Source of the DNA: Lama guanicoe
Taxonomy: Eukaryota
Direction of reading: 5' to 3'
NCBI GenBank assembly: GCA_013239625.1
Contig: MU053379.1
Coordinates: forward strand, 568,490-632,489
Length of the DNA stretch: 64,000 nucleotides
How positions within the stretch are numbered: the first letter of the stretch is position 1; each line of letters begins with the position of its first letter. This document shows, in pieces, positions 1 through 13,591 of the stretch. The position numbers were made by a program, and so were the translations under genes. The notes beneath the pieces were generated by a model. The model saw only the letters and a list, made by a program, of their open reading frames with translations, was not told where the DNA came from and ran no database searches.

Positions 1-393
1 TTAGTTCTCTTTCATTAGCTCACGAGCACGGGGCAACTTCAGCTAATGCTGCGACACAGCTCCTACTGGGTTATTTGGTTCAATGCCTTTAGGGAAAGTA
101 GCAAGCCATATTAAAGGAATAAATGTGATGTACTTTCTTGTTCTGAGTTCCTATAGCTGTGGAATTACATTGACAACTAATCATAAATCATGCTGTACTC
201 ATAGTCACAAACCCACATAGTTTGAGATATTATTTAAGTCTTGTATTACTTGACGTCTCACAGAGGACATCTCGTCTCTCTGGTACAATTTCTCTGTGGT
301 CTGAGCTTATACATGACTATAACTAGAGAGATTATTTCTTGCCATGGCTCACAGACAAGCTAGTACTTACGTGCATTTGTGTGAAATTGAAAA

Positions 394-412
394 AAGTGCC
401 CCCTACTGGTGG
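394..412 (-). promoter_or_regulatory. CTCF-binding motif
   Basis: Minus strand reads CCACCAGTAGGGGGCACTT, matching the core CCAS(C/T)AGGGGGC(G/A)C. Confidence 0.6.
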
Positions 413-1343
413 GTGAGTTGCAAAACAGCACCTCCCTCCAGGCAAACAAATTAGAAAATGTTCCCCCTCTGGGCAGACAAATGAGAAAAGGGTGGCTCCT
501 CTGGGCTGACCAATTATTTTTTAAAGTCCCACCCCATTGCACGCGGCTTGGCGGGTCCAGAGCAGCCTCTAATTGCTCCCTGGGGTGTGCACCGGTATGA
601 AGGTGTGACCAGCACAACGTGGCAGCCCTTATTGAAGATACCACTTGTCTAATTTTGTAGTCAGACCAGAGTTTCCTCCTCGGTGCTCTAAAAAACTCAA
701 TCACACCACAGACCTTATATTATATATTATATTATACTGGCCTATTATGAGAGCTTGGTATTGTCAGAATGCCCAAGCAGCATCACATTTAAAAATGAAA
801 GATAGGTGAGCCCTTGTGTAGCAGACACTCTATGTACCCATCTCACCTGGGCAATTAGCTTCACATGCTGGAGGGCTGTTGACTACAAACACCCGCCACT
901 CTCTGCCAAGGTGATGTTCTGACCGTGGGTGGATGGGACACCTGTAGATGGAAAGTCAGAAGAACCTGAGGGTTGGTGCCCATGGGAGCAGCCTTCAACC
1001 CATGATGGGCACGGGGTGGTGGGGAAAATGCTGGGGCTGCCTTGCCATCCCAGGGGGATGCTGTCAACTGCCCAGCCCCAGTTTCTGCCAAAGTAAAACC
1101 TGATAACCCACTTTTGATTGATAGGAGACCCAGAATAGGTAACTTCAAACTCTCAGCAACGTAGTGAGGGAGGCTACTTTATATCAGATTCCTTTTCAGC
1201 AACTACATCTCATCTAGAGGGAATGAGCCATGGACAGAGTGTCTCAGGGCAAGGGGGCTCCTGGGAAAGGCAGGACCGGGAGAGATGCTGGAGCTTAAGC
1301 CTCAGGCTATCGGAGGGCAGCCTGGGATGCCCTGGATGCCAGT

Positions 1344-1551
1344 CAAGGGTTGACAGACTCTTTCTAGAAAAGTTAACAAATATTTTAAGATCTGTGGGCT
1401 TCTGCCGCAACTACTTGTCTGCTGTTAGTGTGTGAAAGCAGCCGTAGGCAATCTGTAACCATACAGACATGACTGTGTTCCAATAAAACTTTATTTACAA
1501 AAATAGGTGGTGGGCCGGATTTGGCCCATGGGCCATACTCTGTGACCCTTG
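1344..1551. mobile_element. hAT-Charlie MITE, MER58A-like
   Basis: Terminal inverted repeats CAAGGGT.../...ACCCTTG; internal ccaataaaactttatttacaaaaataggtggtgggccggatttggccc resembles MER58. Confidence 0.75.
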
Positions 1552-3451
1552 CCATAGATGATCAAAGAAATTGAAGGACCCAAAAGGAGAAGCAAGAGGA
1601 GAGAGAACGTCTGTGGTGTGTTTGCCAGCTTACAGTGTTTCCCTCATTTTACCCTCGGAGCAGCCAAGTAGTTACCCTTTTATCATCTGCATTTTAAAGA
1701 TGAGGAAAACCTCAGTTTCTAGAAAACCCAAAAATTGCCAAGACCAAACAGCCTGTGTTCCAAACCAGGTCGGTCTGATTTGAATGCTTCTCTTCCTTCC
1801 CCTGCTCCACGCTGTCGCCTGCAGACACATCTGTCTTGTGCAACCCAGCAAGGAAAGTCCACTGGTCCCAGAGGCAGGACGCTCCAGATTTGGGGGTAAG
1901 AGTGGCAGGACCAGAGCTGGGTTCAGTCTCAAGGGTATCAGAAGCTTCCCTGAGAAGGTTAAAGCAACGGGCATGGTCACCGCTGGATCCACCATCAGCT
2001 TTCATGGTGAGATCACCCCTGCATCTGACGTGTGCCATTCGTGGCTGCACAAAGGCAACACCTCAGATATAACAGAGTCAGAAGATTTGGTGAAAATAAG
2101 CAAGTCCATTGTCCTTACTTAGCTTCGCGTGCAGGCAGCCCATCTGATGGGAAGATGCACAGTGCAAACAAGGGCCAAATCCGTAATTATGAAAATTCTT
2201 TGCTAAGAGCTCATCTGGCTTTGCTTTCTGACTATGCATTCAAGTATTCAGAAATTAAGCCTTAGAAATATTAACTACTAGAGGAATTTTTCCCCTGCAC
2301 TCAACTCTTGAAGAGAAGATGAGCCATGATCAGAAGTTTCTTCCAGAAATAACTTCCAGGGATGCCCTGAGGTCAGTTTGGATGCAATCCGATCTTACTT
2401 TCTCCATGACAGTACAATATATATATAATTCAAGTTCTTAATAATGACTCTGAATCATCCTGATCCTGAATCATCAATGATTAAATTATGTTCACTAAAC
2501 AGCTAGTATTTTCTAAAAGAAGAAAACGAACCAATGCATTTTAGGAAGAAGTTATAGGATTCAAACCAAAACAAGCCTCTGGCATAGCCTAGAATGGCCA
2601 GAGCATTAAATTTACAGAGATTCCACTTACTCCCAAATGTCCATGTTAATGGATATTTTAGAAGATTCCAGAATAATCCAAGTCCAGTTTAATTTATTCC
2701 TGTACACAATTTCTTTTATGGATGACAATATTGTAATCTAAATCAATAAGTGATTTCGTTTGAGCTATAAAAGTATAAACAAAACCCTCGCAAACAAATT
2801 GCTCACTCTTCTTTCTTGTTTTAACTATTTGATTTTTTAGGCAGAAAACATACAGCCAAACAAGAATAACTGTTTGCCTTCCTTAACGCTCCATGTAGAC
2901 TGTTACACAAGGAATTAAGCATTAGCCATCAAATTAATTGTAAAGACAACACAATAGAGCTCCTAAGTCCTCATCCATTTCAACTTTCAGAGTTGAATCT
3001 GACCACAGACAACAAGTGACCTATCTTCTTGTTAGAAAAGTGGTCTCAGAGCTCCGTGGATTCTCAGCTACAAGTTCTGCTGTCAGAACTCTTCAGCTCC
3101 TCCTTCTCGCCCCCACCCACTTCACGGCAAGTCATTTTCTCCAGAACCAGGAATTAGAGATAAAAGAACTCAACCCAGACCACAGGTGATAATTGTGAGC
3201 AAGAAAGGTGAGCCATGGTGGAAAGCTCGTGAAATGGGTCAGTTGCTCAAGCAGCAAACACAAAAGTGCAGAAAATTCTGATTTTATTCTTCTCTAGTGG
3301 AATTTGATTTCTATTTGCCAGCCTGCTTGCGCTGATGGGAGAAATTCAGCCTTGGCCAGTTCAGGCTTTGCCCTCATCCTCCTGTCTCCAGAATTGCCCT
3401 CAAGCTTCAAGGGGCTAGCACAGAATTAAGAGGGAATCAGCCTCCTACAGC

Positions 3452-4190
3452 GTTGGGGGGAATGTAATTTGGTGCAGCCACTATGGAAAACAGTATGGAG
3501 ATTCCTTAAAAAACTAAAAATAGACTTAACCACATGACCCAGAAATCCCACTCCCACTGAGTATATATCTGGAGAAAACTCTAATTCGAAAAGATATGTG
3601 CACCCCAGTGTTCATAGCAGTACTATTTACAATAGCCAAGACATGGAAACAACCTAAGTGTCCCTCAGCAAATGACTAGATAAAGAAGCTGTGGTATATT
3701 TATACAATAGAATACTATTCAGCCACTTTAAAAAATGGAATAATATCATTCGCAGCAACATGGATGGACCTAGAGATCATACTAAATGAAATAAGTCAGA
3801 CAAAGACAAATATCATATGATATTGCTTACATGTGGAATCTAAAAAATGATACAAATGAACTTATTTACAAATCAGAAACAGACTCACAGACATAGAAAA
3901 CAACTTTATGGTTACCAAAGAGGAAAGGTTCAGGAGGAGGGATAAATTATAAGTTTGGGATTAGCAGGTGCAAACTACTATACATAAAATAGATAAACAA
4001 CAAGGTCTTACTGTACAGCACAGGGAACTAATTCCAATAGCTTCTAATAACCTAATGAAAAAGAATATGAAAAAGAATATGCATATATATGTATAACTGC
4101 TGTATATATATATATGTATATATGTATCACTATGCTGTATACCAGAAATCTACACAACACTATAAATCATATGTACTTCAACAAAAATTA
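3452..4190 (+). mobile_element. 5'-truncated LINE-1 3' end (ORF2 C-terminus plus 3'UTR)
   Basis: ggtgcagccactatggaaaacagtatggagattcc and atggatggacctagag L1 ORF2 end, then 3'UTR with (TA)n and A-rich end. Confidence 0.85.
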
Positions 4191-4514
4191 TTTTAAAAAT
4201 AGTATCCCTCTAAAGAACTGCTATCCAAATAAGCTCAAGAAAGTCAAGAAAAAAATATATCAAATTAGAGAAGGTCCCCCAGAGACAGGGATTGTAAAAC
4301 CGGATAAAGAATTAAACTTTTCCGGATGAATGAAAGTAGTTTGGGATCTAAATGAAGGAAGAGCAGGATTGGGTACTTGCCAATAATTTTGGCCCAGTGG
4401 AGACAGGAAGACATCCTCTCTACAGACCAGGTGCTGAAGGAAGACCTAGATTCTAGAACACAAGAGGACTATGATCAGTGCCCAAGGCACAGTGACTGGT
4501 CCAAATTTTGAATA

Positions 4515-4870
4515 GAGGAAGGGGGAAATGAGGAACCGTTTTTCAGTGGATTTGAAGTTTCCATTATACAAATAATTAGTTCTAGAGCTCTGCTGTGCAA
4601 CAGTCAACAATGTGCTATTACACAGTGTAAAATATGTTAAAATGACAGAGCTCATATTAAACCTTCATGTTAAAAATTCTTACCAAAAAAAAAAAAAACA
4701 AAGAACATGGACACAAAAGAACACAAGGGAATTTTTGGAGGTGATGGATATGTGTAATACCTTGGTCGTGGTGATGGCATCGTGAGTGTGTGCATAGGTC
4801 CAAACTCATCAAGATGTAGACAGTATAAGTGTGGAGTTTTTTTTTGTGTATCAATATAGCTAGAAAGCTT
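4515..4870 (+). mobile_element. Old L1 (L1M-type) 3'UTR fragment
   Basis: ttttggaggtgatggatatgtg...ggtgatggcatc...caaactcatcaa typical of L1M 3' ends. Confidence 0.65.
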
Positions 4871-5544
4871 TAAATTTTTAAAAATGTAAATGAATTTCCA
4901 GGTAACTTCTGCCCCAAGCACATTTATTTAAATCAATTAATATTACAATTCTGATCATCACAACTGCTGATGGCTAGTGGTTCTTTGTCATCCAACAAAG
5001 GGAAACACAAACTCACAGAATTAGTCAGTTTGCCCTTAAGATAGTATGTCACTGATACATAAGGTTTACAAACTAAAGTGGTATAACTCATAAAAGAGCA
5101 CAATTCCTGAAAATATCTCAGAACCCGTGGAATTGAGATATGCTTGAACTGGAATCTGCATCTCATCTGATGTCTCCCAGCCTAGTGTATGCTGTGGACC
5201 AGGAAACCATCTGGGATCTTGGTTGTAGACTTCAAAAGTGAAGGAGAGGAGATGGGATGAGGAGAGAGGAGCTTCACAGAGCTCAATGTCCCGGGCAAAC
5301 AGAGGAGGTGGGGAATGAAGAGATTAGCCACCAAATAGTAGGGGGGTCATCACCCTTCATGGCGCAAAATAAAAGGCAGACCAACTGAAGATCTTAATGG
5401 AAAAAAAATTAAAACATGAAATCACTTAAAGACAATTTAAGTGAATATGTAATTGATTTCTATGGGGAAGGACTGTGGGGAAAAAGGAGGTGTTGGACTG
5501 CATAGAATTTAAACATCTCATTGCACCCTATATTAAGAGGACTC

Positions 5545-5700
5545 CTAGTTTGCAATTGTATGTTTATTTGTTTGATTGACATCTGTGCCCCCAACTAGGC
5601 TGTAAGTTACATGAGAACAGGAATGTCACCATTGTATTCCCATGCTTAGAAAAATCTCTGGCATATATTAGACTTAATGATGTTTGTTGAGTGAATAACT
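5545..5700 (+). mobile_element. LINE-2 3' end
   Basis: ctaggctgtaagttacatgagaacagg...tgtttgttgagtgaataa L2 terminal pattern. Confidence 0.6.
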
Positions 5701-6228
5701 GAGGTTGGTGTTATGGCCAGTGTTAGGGGCTTGGGGAAGGGTTTAACAGACATAAATATAAACGTGACAAGTCTCTGTCAGCCAGGAGCAGGGATCTGGG
5801 AGTGAGCCTTCTGCATAAAGCAAGAAAAGAGTCTGCCTCACTTGTGACATGAGAGCTAGAACATTCCAGCCATCAGTCCAAGGAAGCTTAACATGAGTCC
5901 TGGGTTCTGGGTGAACCCCACTTCCCCACTCGGAGTAACTCAACTTAAAATGGAGACAGTCCTGGGGAGCACAGGACTCAAATTTGCCAATCCTCTGGGG
6001 GCCTGGAACAGGATGGGATGAGGAAGTCTGGGAAGGAGGTAACAGGAGGAGAGAGCACTCCAGGGACCCACTTCTGCTCTGTCACCATTTGCATGGGCTG
6101 GTCCGGAGAGGATACGAGCGCAGCCCTGCACAGGGTGATCGTCAGCCTGAGACAGTCGTGTGTCGGGGCATCCTCTCAGCCTGTGCCTCTGGCTTTCTGG
6201 ACCTAACCTCATGCCTTGTGTTTTTCAG

Positions 6229-6305
6229 AACGCAGAAGCAAGCTACGATTTCAGCAGCAACGACCCCTACCCTTACCCTCGCTACACAGATGACTGGTTT
6301 AACAG
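6229..6305 (+). CDS. PCSK2: PCSK2 coding exon (human exon 6 equivalent), NAEASYDFSSNDPYPYPRYTDDWFN(S)
   Basis: Acceptor tttttcag|AAC with CCTAAC branch-like motif at 6202-6207; donor AACAG|gtaaac; 77 nt; translation matches recalled PC2; ends phase 2 and joins the next exon in frame. Confidence 0.97.
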
Positions 6306-6786
6306 GTAAACTGGGCCTCCTGGGGTGTCTTTGACTTCAGGTTTGGGGTTTTATTTCTACCCTGTTTTCTTTTGAAGACTCGACTCTCACCAGTAAAGTA
6401 ATCTCAATGCTACAGTAAATTATATTGTGATTTTTTTTTCTTTTCCATGGCTGCATTCCCTAAATTCTTGAAATTTTTTTAATATGGCGATGCTCTCCTG
6501 TAATTATCTTTCAACTGTTTCATTGTGTTGAACTAGGAATTATTTGCCAACTTATTAAAGCTACAAGAAAAGAGGAATAATAAGAAAGCATTTCTCAACC
6601 TGCCACAAGGTGCTTTTAAACAGGTGGATTTGATTTGATCCACTGAAACTGTTGCAGAGAACTTTTTTGCCCCATGAGTCTGTGTCGGTCTGTTTTGGAA
6701 AAGTGTTTTTGCTGTAACCTGATGCCAGCTCATGTAGTCCCTTTCAACAAAACAGTAAGTGTAACTGGCTGAGGTTTGAAGTGTTT

Positions 6787-6995
6787 TTTTAAATTGATGT
6801 ATAATTAGCTGCATCTTGTATGTAGCACAATGATTCACTATTTGTATATATTGCAAAACGATCACCACTATTTAGTCTGGTTAACATCCAACACCACACA
6901 CAGTCACATTAAAGAAATTTTTTTGCTTGTGATGAGAACTTTTGAGATCCACTCTCCCAGCAACTTTCGAATACACAATACAGTATTATTGACTA
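6787..6995 (-). mobile_element. L1MA-like 3'UTR fragment
   Basis: T-rich start; gtgatgagaacttttgagatccactctcccagcaactttcgaatacacaatacag. Confidence 0.65.
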
Positions 6996-7509
6996 TATGT
7001 TTTCAAGTATTACTTGGCATCTTACCATGCAAAACTACCCAATGGTCCGATGGTTCAGCCAAAAATGTGACTTTTCTTCAGCCCGCTTTTCTACTAAACA
7101 TGTAAATCCAGTCTCTTTTTTCTCCAAGTAAAATTCTTGCCTAAATGGTTGATTGCATGCAAGAAATATCAAGAAATTAACACGTGTGGCTTGCTCAATC
7201 AAAATCGACTAAATTTTAAACCTGGTACTTCCCAATTATTGATGGTCTTGGGTAAAGTCGATGAGAATGTATGAATTTCAGTTACCGGCATAAAAATACA
7301 TTATGTGTACAGCACTTTACTCATTTCTTCTACTTCTCCTGACAGACTGGTGGTAGATTAGAAAAATGCTGTTATTCTCTGTCTAGTGATAAAGGAACAG
7401 GTTCAAAAATGTTCCCTGACTCCCCTGGTCAAACAATCAGAAAATATCAAAGCCATCACTTGAAACCAAGCTCCATAAATTTTTCTAAATCCAAATTGCA
7501 CCATTCTTT

Positions 7510-7645
7510 TATTTTTTTTGAAGGGGGAGGTACTTAAGTTTATTTATTCATTTACTTCCTTTTTTAATGGAGGTACTAAGGATTGAACCCAGGACCTCAT
7601 TCATGCAAAGCACACACTCTACCACTGAGCTATACCCTCCCTACA
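7510..7645 (-). mobile_element. tRNA-Ala-derived SINE (camelid Vic-1-like) with 17-bp TSD
   Basis: Minus strand GGGAGGGTATAGCTCAGTGGTAGAG (A box)...GGTTCAATCC (B box) and A-rich tail; TSD AAATTGCACCATTCTTT at 7493-7509 and 7646-7662. Confidence 0.88.
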
Positions 7646-9349
7646 AAATTGCACCATTCTTTAATAAGTATCATTTTTATTATAAAGGACAGAAGGCATG
7701 ATAATAAGTGGCCAGGGACAAGTGACCAGTGGACCAAATAGCTTAGACTCTGTTCCTACAATTAGCAAGTAGACCAGAGAATGTCTGGGGCACAGACAGA
7801 GCACACAGGGCGTGGCAGTTACAGAAAATGCAGGAAAGAAGAAAGATGAAAACACAATTCAAACCTGTAACATTATTAAGAGAGCATGGCTAATATCCAA
7901 TAGCTCAGTTCAGTCTCCATCAGCTTCATCTGCAGCTTTCAAATCATCATACAGGGTTTGGAAGTGTGTGTTCAGGGGGTAAAGATATATTTTTTACACA
8001 TTCGCCTTGTTTAGGTCTGAGAAATTTTGACTTGACATGTCTCTTCCCCACTGTGACTTGTAACCCTAGGTCCTAGCATCCCCTTAGCTAATAAACCATT
8101 TTCAGACACAGGGATGTGAAGTCACCAATTAGAAGTCACTGAGCCAGGGTGGGACTTTGTTAACAGCAGCCTGGAACCCTGTGTTGAGAAGGACCTCATG
8201 CCTGGCGTCAACACGGTTGGCGACTGGCTGCCCACATAGTATCCGGAAGGGCAGTAGCAACAAGTGTGCCAGCTCCTGCCTTCTCTCTGCAGCTACTGGG
8301 TACTAAATTCATCTTTGACGGATTGATCCAGCACAACAATATAACCAACAGAATGATTCCCCTGCTACCCCATTTTCTGAACCCAAACACAACCTCCCCT
8401 AGTAGGTCTTTCGACGTGATGGGCTATAGGAATATTCTATAAAGCAAAACAAGAGCAAAAACTGGGGTGTCCTCTATCTTAAATATTTTCATTGGCAAAC
8501 TTGTTCTTGAAAGTTGAATTTTAAACAGGCTAAATCCTCTAGGACTAATTAATGCTTAGTGCAATAAAATTCTTCATTGCCACTGGCAGAATTCCCAAGT
8601 GTCCAATTGGCTGAGACACAGTCACAGTGAGTCAGGCAAGTATGATTTTTGCCTCTTCGGGAACCAATGACTCAAGACACAGTGTCCACTCTGACCGATG
8701 ATGAAGTGGGGATTTTCCCAATTAGCAAGTCATGTTCAGAGATCCTTCCCCACCACAGCTTGTTATTACACAGACTGGGTGGTACCACAGTTTAAATCAT
8801 GGCCTCTCAAAACTTAACTACTATTGTAAATGATTATGGGAGGAAGCGGGGTAGAAGTTCAGGTCCTCAGCACCAGGAGGATCTGTGGTCTGAAAAGTGG
8901 GGTCTGTCCTGGAGGTGATTCCCGTTTGGCACGAGGAGCATTTGAATGTAGCATCCTTCACATGAGTGCAGGATATGTTTATTAAAAGTTCCCTCTTGGA
9001 TGAAATATTATACTAGTATTTCCTTCAGTATAACTAAGGGCTTGTGGAAGGAGGGAGGAGAGCAGTGGAGGGTTTAGAGGAAATAAAATTGATCATGAGT
9101 TAGTCGTTGTTAAAGCCGGGTGATGGTTACATGAGATTTCAGTCTACTTTTGTTTATGTATGATATTTTCTAGAACAAGAAGTAACTTGTAAAAGCACAG
9201 GGCATAAAAAGAGGTGATAAATAAATGGGACTTAACAAAACTGTTAGTTTTGATAGGTAAGCTTCTGAGGAGTTTGTAATATCCCATGAGGAGGCGACCT
9301 CAAATCACCTAAGTGCTGAACGGAGCCAGGACCAAAATAACACAACAAG

Positions 9350-9545
9350 GAACGCTAACACCTATTAAGCAGTTACTATGTTTAAGGCACTGTTCTAAAT
9401 GCTTTGCACGTATTAATTCTCATCATAACTCTCTGAAATAGGTATAAACATTATTATCCCATTTTGGAACCTAAGGCACAGAAAGGTTAAGTAACGTGCT
9501 CAAGGTCACACAGCTCCTAAGTGTCAGAGACAGGATTTGACACCA
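9350..9545 (-). mobile_element. MIR SINE
   Basis: attattatcccattttgg...aaggcacagaaaggttaagtaacgtgctcaaggtcacacagc is the reverse complement of the MIR core. Confidence 0.8.
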
Positions 9546-10782
9546 GTGAGGGGGCCACAAGCCTCCTAGTAAAGATGCTTTGGAACATGGAGAAATGCAA
9601 AATTATCCTCGGCACAGCTTCCTTGAAGAGGTGGCTTTTGGTCCAGGATTTGAAAGAAGGCAAATACAGAGTTGGGAGGGAGGGAAGATGAATGTATTCT
9701 GGGGTGAAGGTACAATTTACGCAAAGAAGGGAAGGCAGGAGATACAGACATGCTTAAGAGGTAGCGTGGATAACTGAGCTGGAAGTTAGAGGCTTATGCA
9801 GGAGGGTAGCAATCCAAGAAGGCTGCACGGAAGAGGTGAGCATGAGGGGTTTGGACAGGTTGCTGGGGGGAAAGAAGAGATATCTTGCGGTTGTGTCAGA
9901 AACTGGGCGTGGGGCGTAGATGAGGGCCATTCTCCCCTGGCACTCAAGGAATGCTGCTACCCAGAGGCTCCAGAAGCCTTGAGCACGCACTTGCCTTTGG
10001 CTGCAGCATGGTTTACTGCCTACACAGCACGAGCCTCTGACCAGCTGTGCAGCTAGAGGCATGATGCACTTTCTTCCCTTATTCTCTTCCGGACATGGGC
10101 ACCAAATCCAACACCTCATCTTTGCTCAGAAGTCTTGGGGCTCTTGGATAAGCTTGTTTCAGCATCAAAACTCCGATGAAGGGCTGGCAGAGGCTGAGCA
10201 GCTGCTGCTGGGCCAGCCACCCTGCCTGCCACATGGTGTGAGAACTCAGAAGGGGCTGCTGCACAGCAAAGGCAGCGGCTCTCCATCACGGGCTTCGCAC
10301 GGCTGTGGGGAGTAGAAAATCAAATGCACCACCCGGGGCACTCTCACGAAGGAGCAAGGAAAACATTTCCCTTGGATGGAAACTGAGTTTAATAGCAGCA
10401 TGTGTCTCCTGGGCTGTCCTCAGGCTTTAAACCACCGTATCTCCCCTCTGTGCTTATTGCAAAACTTGTTTTCCCTCAACTGTGCATTTCTTTAAGATCA
10501 CACTCAAAAGTCTAAGGACTCTTTATGAAGGCAAACTTCATACAAATGTAGGGCTGATTTTAGGGGATGTGTATATTAGAATTCCTTGCTCTGTGCTTAA
10601 TTTTATTCTGTAGGATGATTCCTTTTGAAGCAGAGCAAGTGTGTTTATTCTACTGTGAGCCATTTAATAATTACATGCATTATCTGTGCTCCGGGGATGT
10701 ATTTGAAACACAGTAGAGGAATTTGCAATAGGAGTATCATTTCCTCCTAGCTTGCAATCAGAGAAATACAGATGGCCAAGTG

Positions 10783-10833
10783 AAATAATAACAGTAACAG
10801 CAGCAGCAGCAGCAGTCACAACAGTAACAATAA
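10783..10833. repeat. Compound trinucleotide low-complexity repeat (AAT/AAC/AGC)
   Basis: aaataataacagtaacagcagcagcagcagcagtcacaacagtaacaataa. Confidence 0.7.
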
Positions 10834-12214
10834 CCCGAATTGCAAAAAGGTAGAAAATAAAACACATTGAATGAGCATCAATAATATATATTGCAGAACA
10901 GATATAACCGACTTGCTGCGAGGCGTCAGGATCGAATATCACATTTTTTTCTTGCTGACATTCAATAAATATTGATTGGCTGGCTCATGGGTGTGTGGCA
11001 TACATCTCAGCCACACCAAGATGTTGAGTGGTCTTGACATTGGTCCATTTTAGAGCTGCCTGCTTCTCCCAAGGTTTGCAGCCCATGCTGTCAATAATCT
11101 TCCAGCCTTGCTCGGTTTTAGATCAATGTTTGGTGATGCATTGCAGAGCCTTATTCCATTCCGGTGCTGCTGTTCATAAAAATCTCTCTTGCATAGCATT
11201 TCTGTGACAGGCATGCACCACTGAAATGTCATCGCCGCCATCAGCAATATTCATGGAGCATCACTGGGGGCAGCACACTCTTGTCTATTACACCCTAAAG
11301 AGTAAGAGATTCTGGATTCAATGCAAGTCCTAGCCACAAAAATTTTACCATAAATTCAGGAAGAGAGAAGACATTTATTATTCAAGCAACCAAGATGAAG
11401 GGAAGGAAGGATAAATGGATACCAAGAAATATCTATCTCTCTGTGAGCTCGTCTGATTGATCGCATTAGTTAAACTTTCAAGTAAGATTTTCAGTGATGA
11501 ACTTTTCTTTAATTAAAAGTCATATTTCATTTTGAAGAACCCAATGCGACAAGCCAATGCAGAACATGGGAGAAAAATGTCCTCTCTGGTTGGCTATTAG
11601 CACAGCGATGGAAGCCGATACTTCACCCTGGTGACACTTAATGGTTTAGAAATAGACGAACATCTTTCCCTTCTGTCTTTATGGAATAATTCTGAAATCA
11701 CGTCCTGGATAATAAAATTCAAACTGCCTTCAAAGACCTAATCTAAGTTTTTCTTTCCTGTGAGCTTTGAGACTGCCTCATAAGCTGATATTAGCTCAAA
11801 GGTTGCTGTTTGCAATTAACCCTCTCTCTGTCCAGACAGAGCATGACGAGATCCAACACAGTTTAATTCTGTAAGCTCTTCTGAGCCATTGGAGAAATAT
11901 CACAAAGTGGGTTTTTTTTAAATTTCTAGTCTTCTACCTGGACTATACAAGTTTTCATTATTTAAATTTTCCCCTTCAGCTAAAATATTAACTTAACACA
12001 GATTTGGAGGTTATGGAGAGAATTCTATAGATTGCAAAAGAAACTTCTGTATGTTGGTATAATCATTTCTACTTTGGAAACTAATGTTGTGCATACCATA
12101 TAGGGGGATTTTATGGTCCACAGGTGACAATGATTTTTTTTTTCTTAAGACAGAAAAAATCAGTAGATTATAATGGACAAATGCAGTTGTATGTTAACTG
12201 CTTGGTATGGAATA

Positions 12215-12355
12215 AATGCTCCCTGAATCAGTTTTCCCCATCTGTAAGATGGGACTAAAAGTCCACCTTGAAGGCTTGCATGAGGAATTAGAGATATGTA
12301 CACAGAGCACTTGGTACTGAGCACAGCGCGTGGTAGGCACTTTCTAAATGGCAGC
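12215..12355 (+). mobile_element. MIR SINE
   Basis: cagttttccccatctgtaagatggga...gaggaattagagatatgta...gcacagcgcgtggt MIR core and 3' end. Confidence 0.75.
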
Positions 12356-13199
12356 AAATGTAATTGTGAAATTCAGTGAAGCGGTTTCTACAGCATCTAA
12401 ATTGAAGGTCCTCCAACTAGACAGAAAATTTATGCCAAAAGAGTAAACGGATGGTCCCACCATTCATTCTCAGACATCCATTCTCTCATCTGAGATTTTG
12501 ACAGAAACTAGATAATAGCTCAAGCTTAAATTTTCTGGTGCATGTGTTTCTGCACTGCTGATTGAAAGAGGAGTTATATCCAAAGATTGCTTGTATGCAT
12601 GAGACAAGTTTGATCTATCGGGAAAATTGAAAAGCCTGCATCTAGCTTCAGGAAGATGGAGAGCCTCTTCACTTCTCCAGAAAGCACTGAATGCTTGCCA
12701 GCAGACCCTGGTGGGGTTTTCCCCAGAAGCAGCTACACATTCTCACCTATCTAAACCTTTGGGCTCTTGAGACCCCCAAAGCCTTACCCTGTGGAGCACA
12801 CTAGACATTAGCCAGCAAATATGATTGATGCCAGATTAGCTAGCTAATCTCTACATTTCAGCTCCAATATATCTAACATTGAAGCATCTCTCTTCAAAGA
12901 CATGGCTGAAAAGACTGTAGCTGGTCGCTATGGAAATGTGGTTATCTAAGAATCTGTACACCTAGGTAGTTTAGAGACTAGAGGACAAAGATAACCTCAT
13001 GCCCATGAACCTGTCCAAGTTGTCCACCGGCTTGCTGAGTGAATCCGCCTTATCCCCAATATGTCTGTGAATCCAGAGCCCTAAAATACCACTATAAGGC
13101 CTGGCTGTGGGATATAGAATTAAGATGTCGATTAAAACAACCATAGAACCAGTGGCCAGGAAAGGAGCCTAAAAGGAAGAGAGAGAGAAAGAAGGTGGG

Positions 13200-13573
13200 G
13201 GGGGGATCTCCAGGTCAAAAATAGCCTACAATCCAAAATTTCAAATTATCTGGGAAGTAAAAATACACCCCATAAAATGAAAAACTCAGGGTATGAATTT
13301 ATACCAGGTGAAATTAATTTCATGGAGAGTCTTGAAAAAGACTTTAAAATAGGTTATGTTCAGTTTGCCCAGAGCAATCATTCATGGGTGACATCCATTT
13401 AAAAAGAAAAATTAATGATGTGAGGAACACAAGCAAAAATCAATACAAATATGAAAGAGAACCAGTTACAAGTTTTTTAAAATGTAGCCTCTAGATTAAA
13501 ATCTCAATACATGGGATTAAAATCTAACCTGGATGCAGCTGAAGAGGTAATTACTGAATTGAAGAGAATACTG
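13200..13573 (+). mobile_element. Ancient L1 ORF1 relic (left part of the host element of the nested L1)
   Basis: ctggatgcagctgaagaggtaattactgaattgaag translates LDAAEEVITELK, resembling the L1 ORF1 coiled coil; A-rich plus strand. Confidence 0.5.
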
Positions 13574-13591
13574 TCAGCAAACATTATTTTT

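Noticed and set aside
7566..7641. tRNA-Ala-like sequences (also ~41998-42074 and ~62231-62306)
   Set aside because: Degenerate stems, A-rich tails and TSDs show these are SINE heads, not tRNA genes.
9241..9262. TAG|GTAAGC possible recursive splice site in intron 6
   Set aside because: Poor polypyrimidine tract with an intervening AG.
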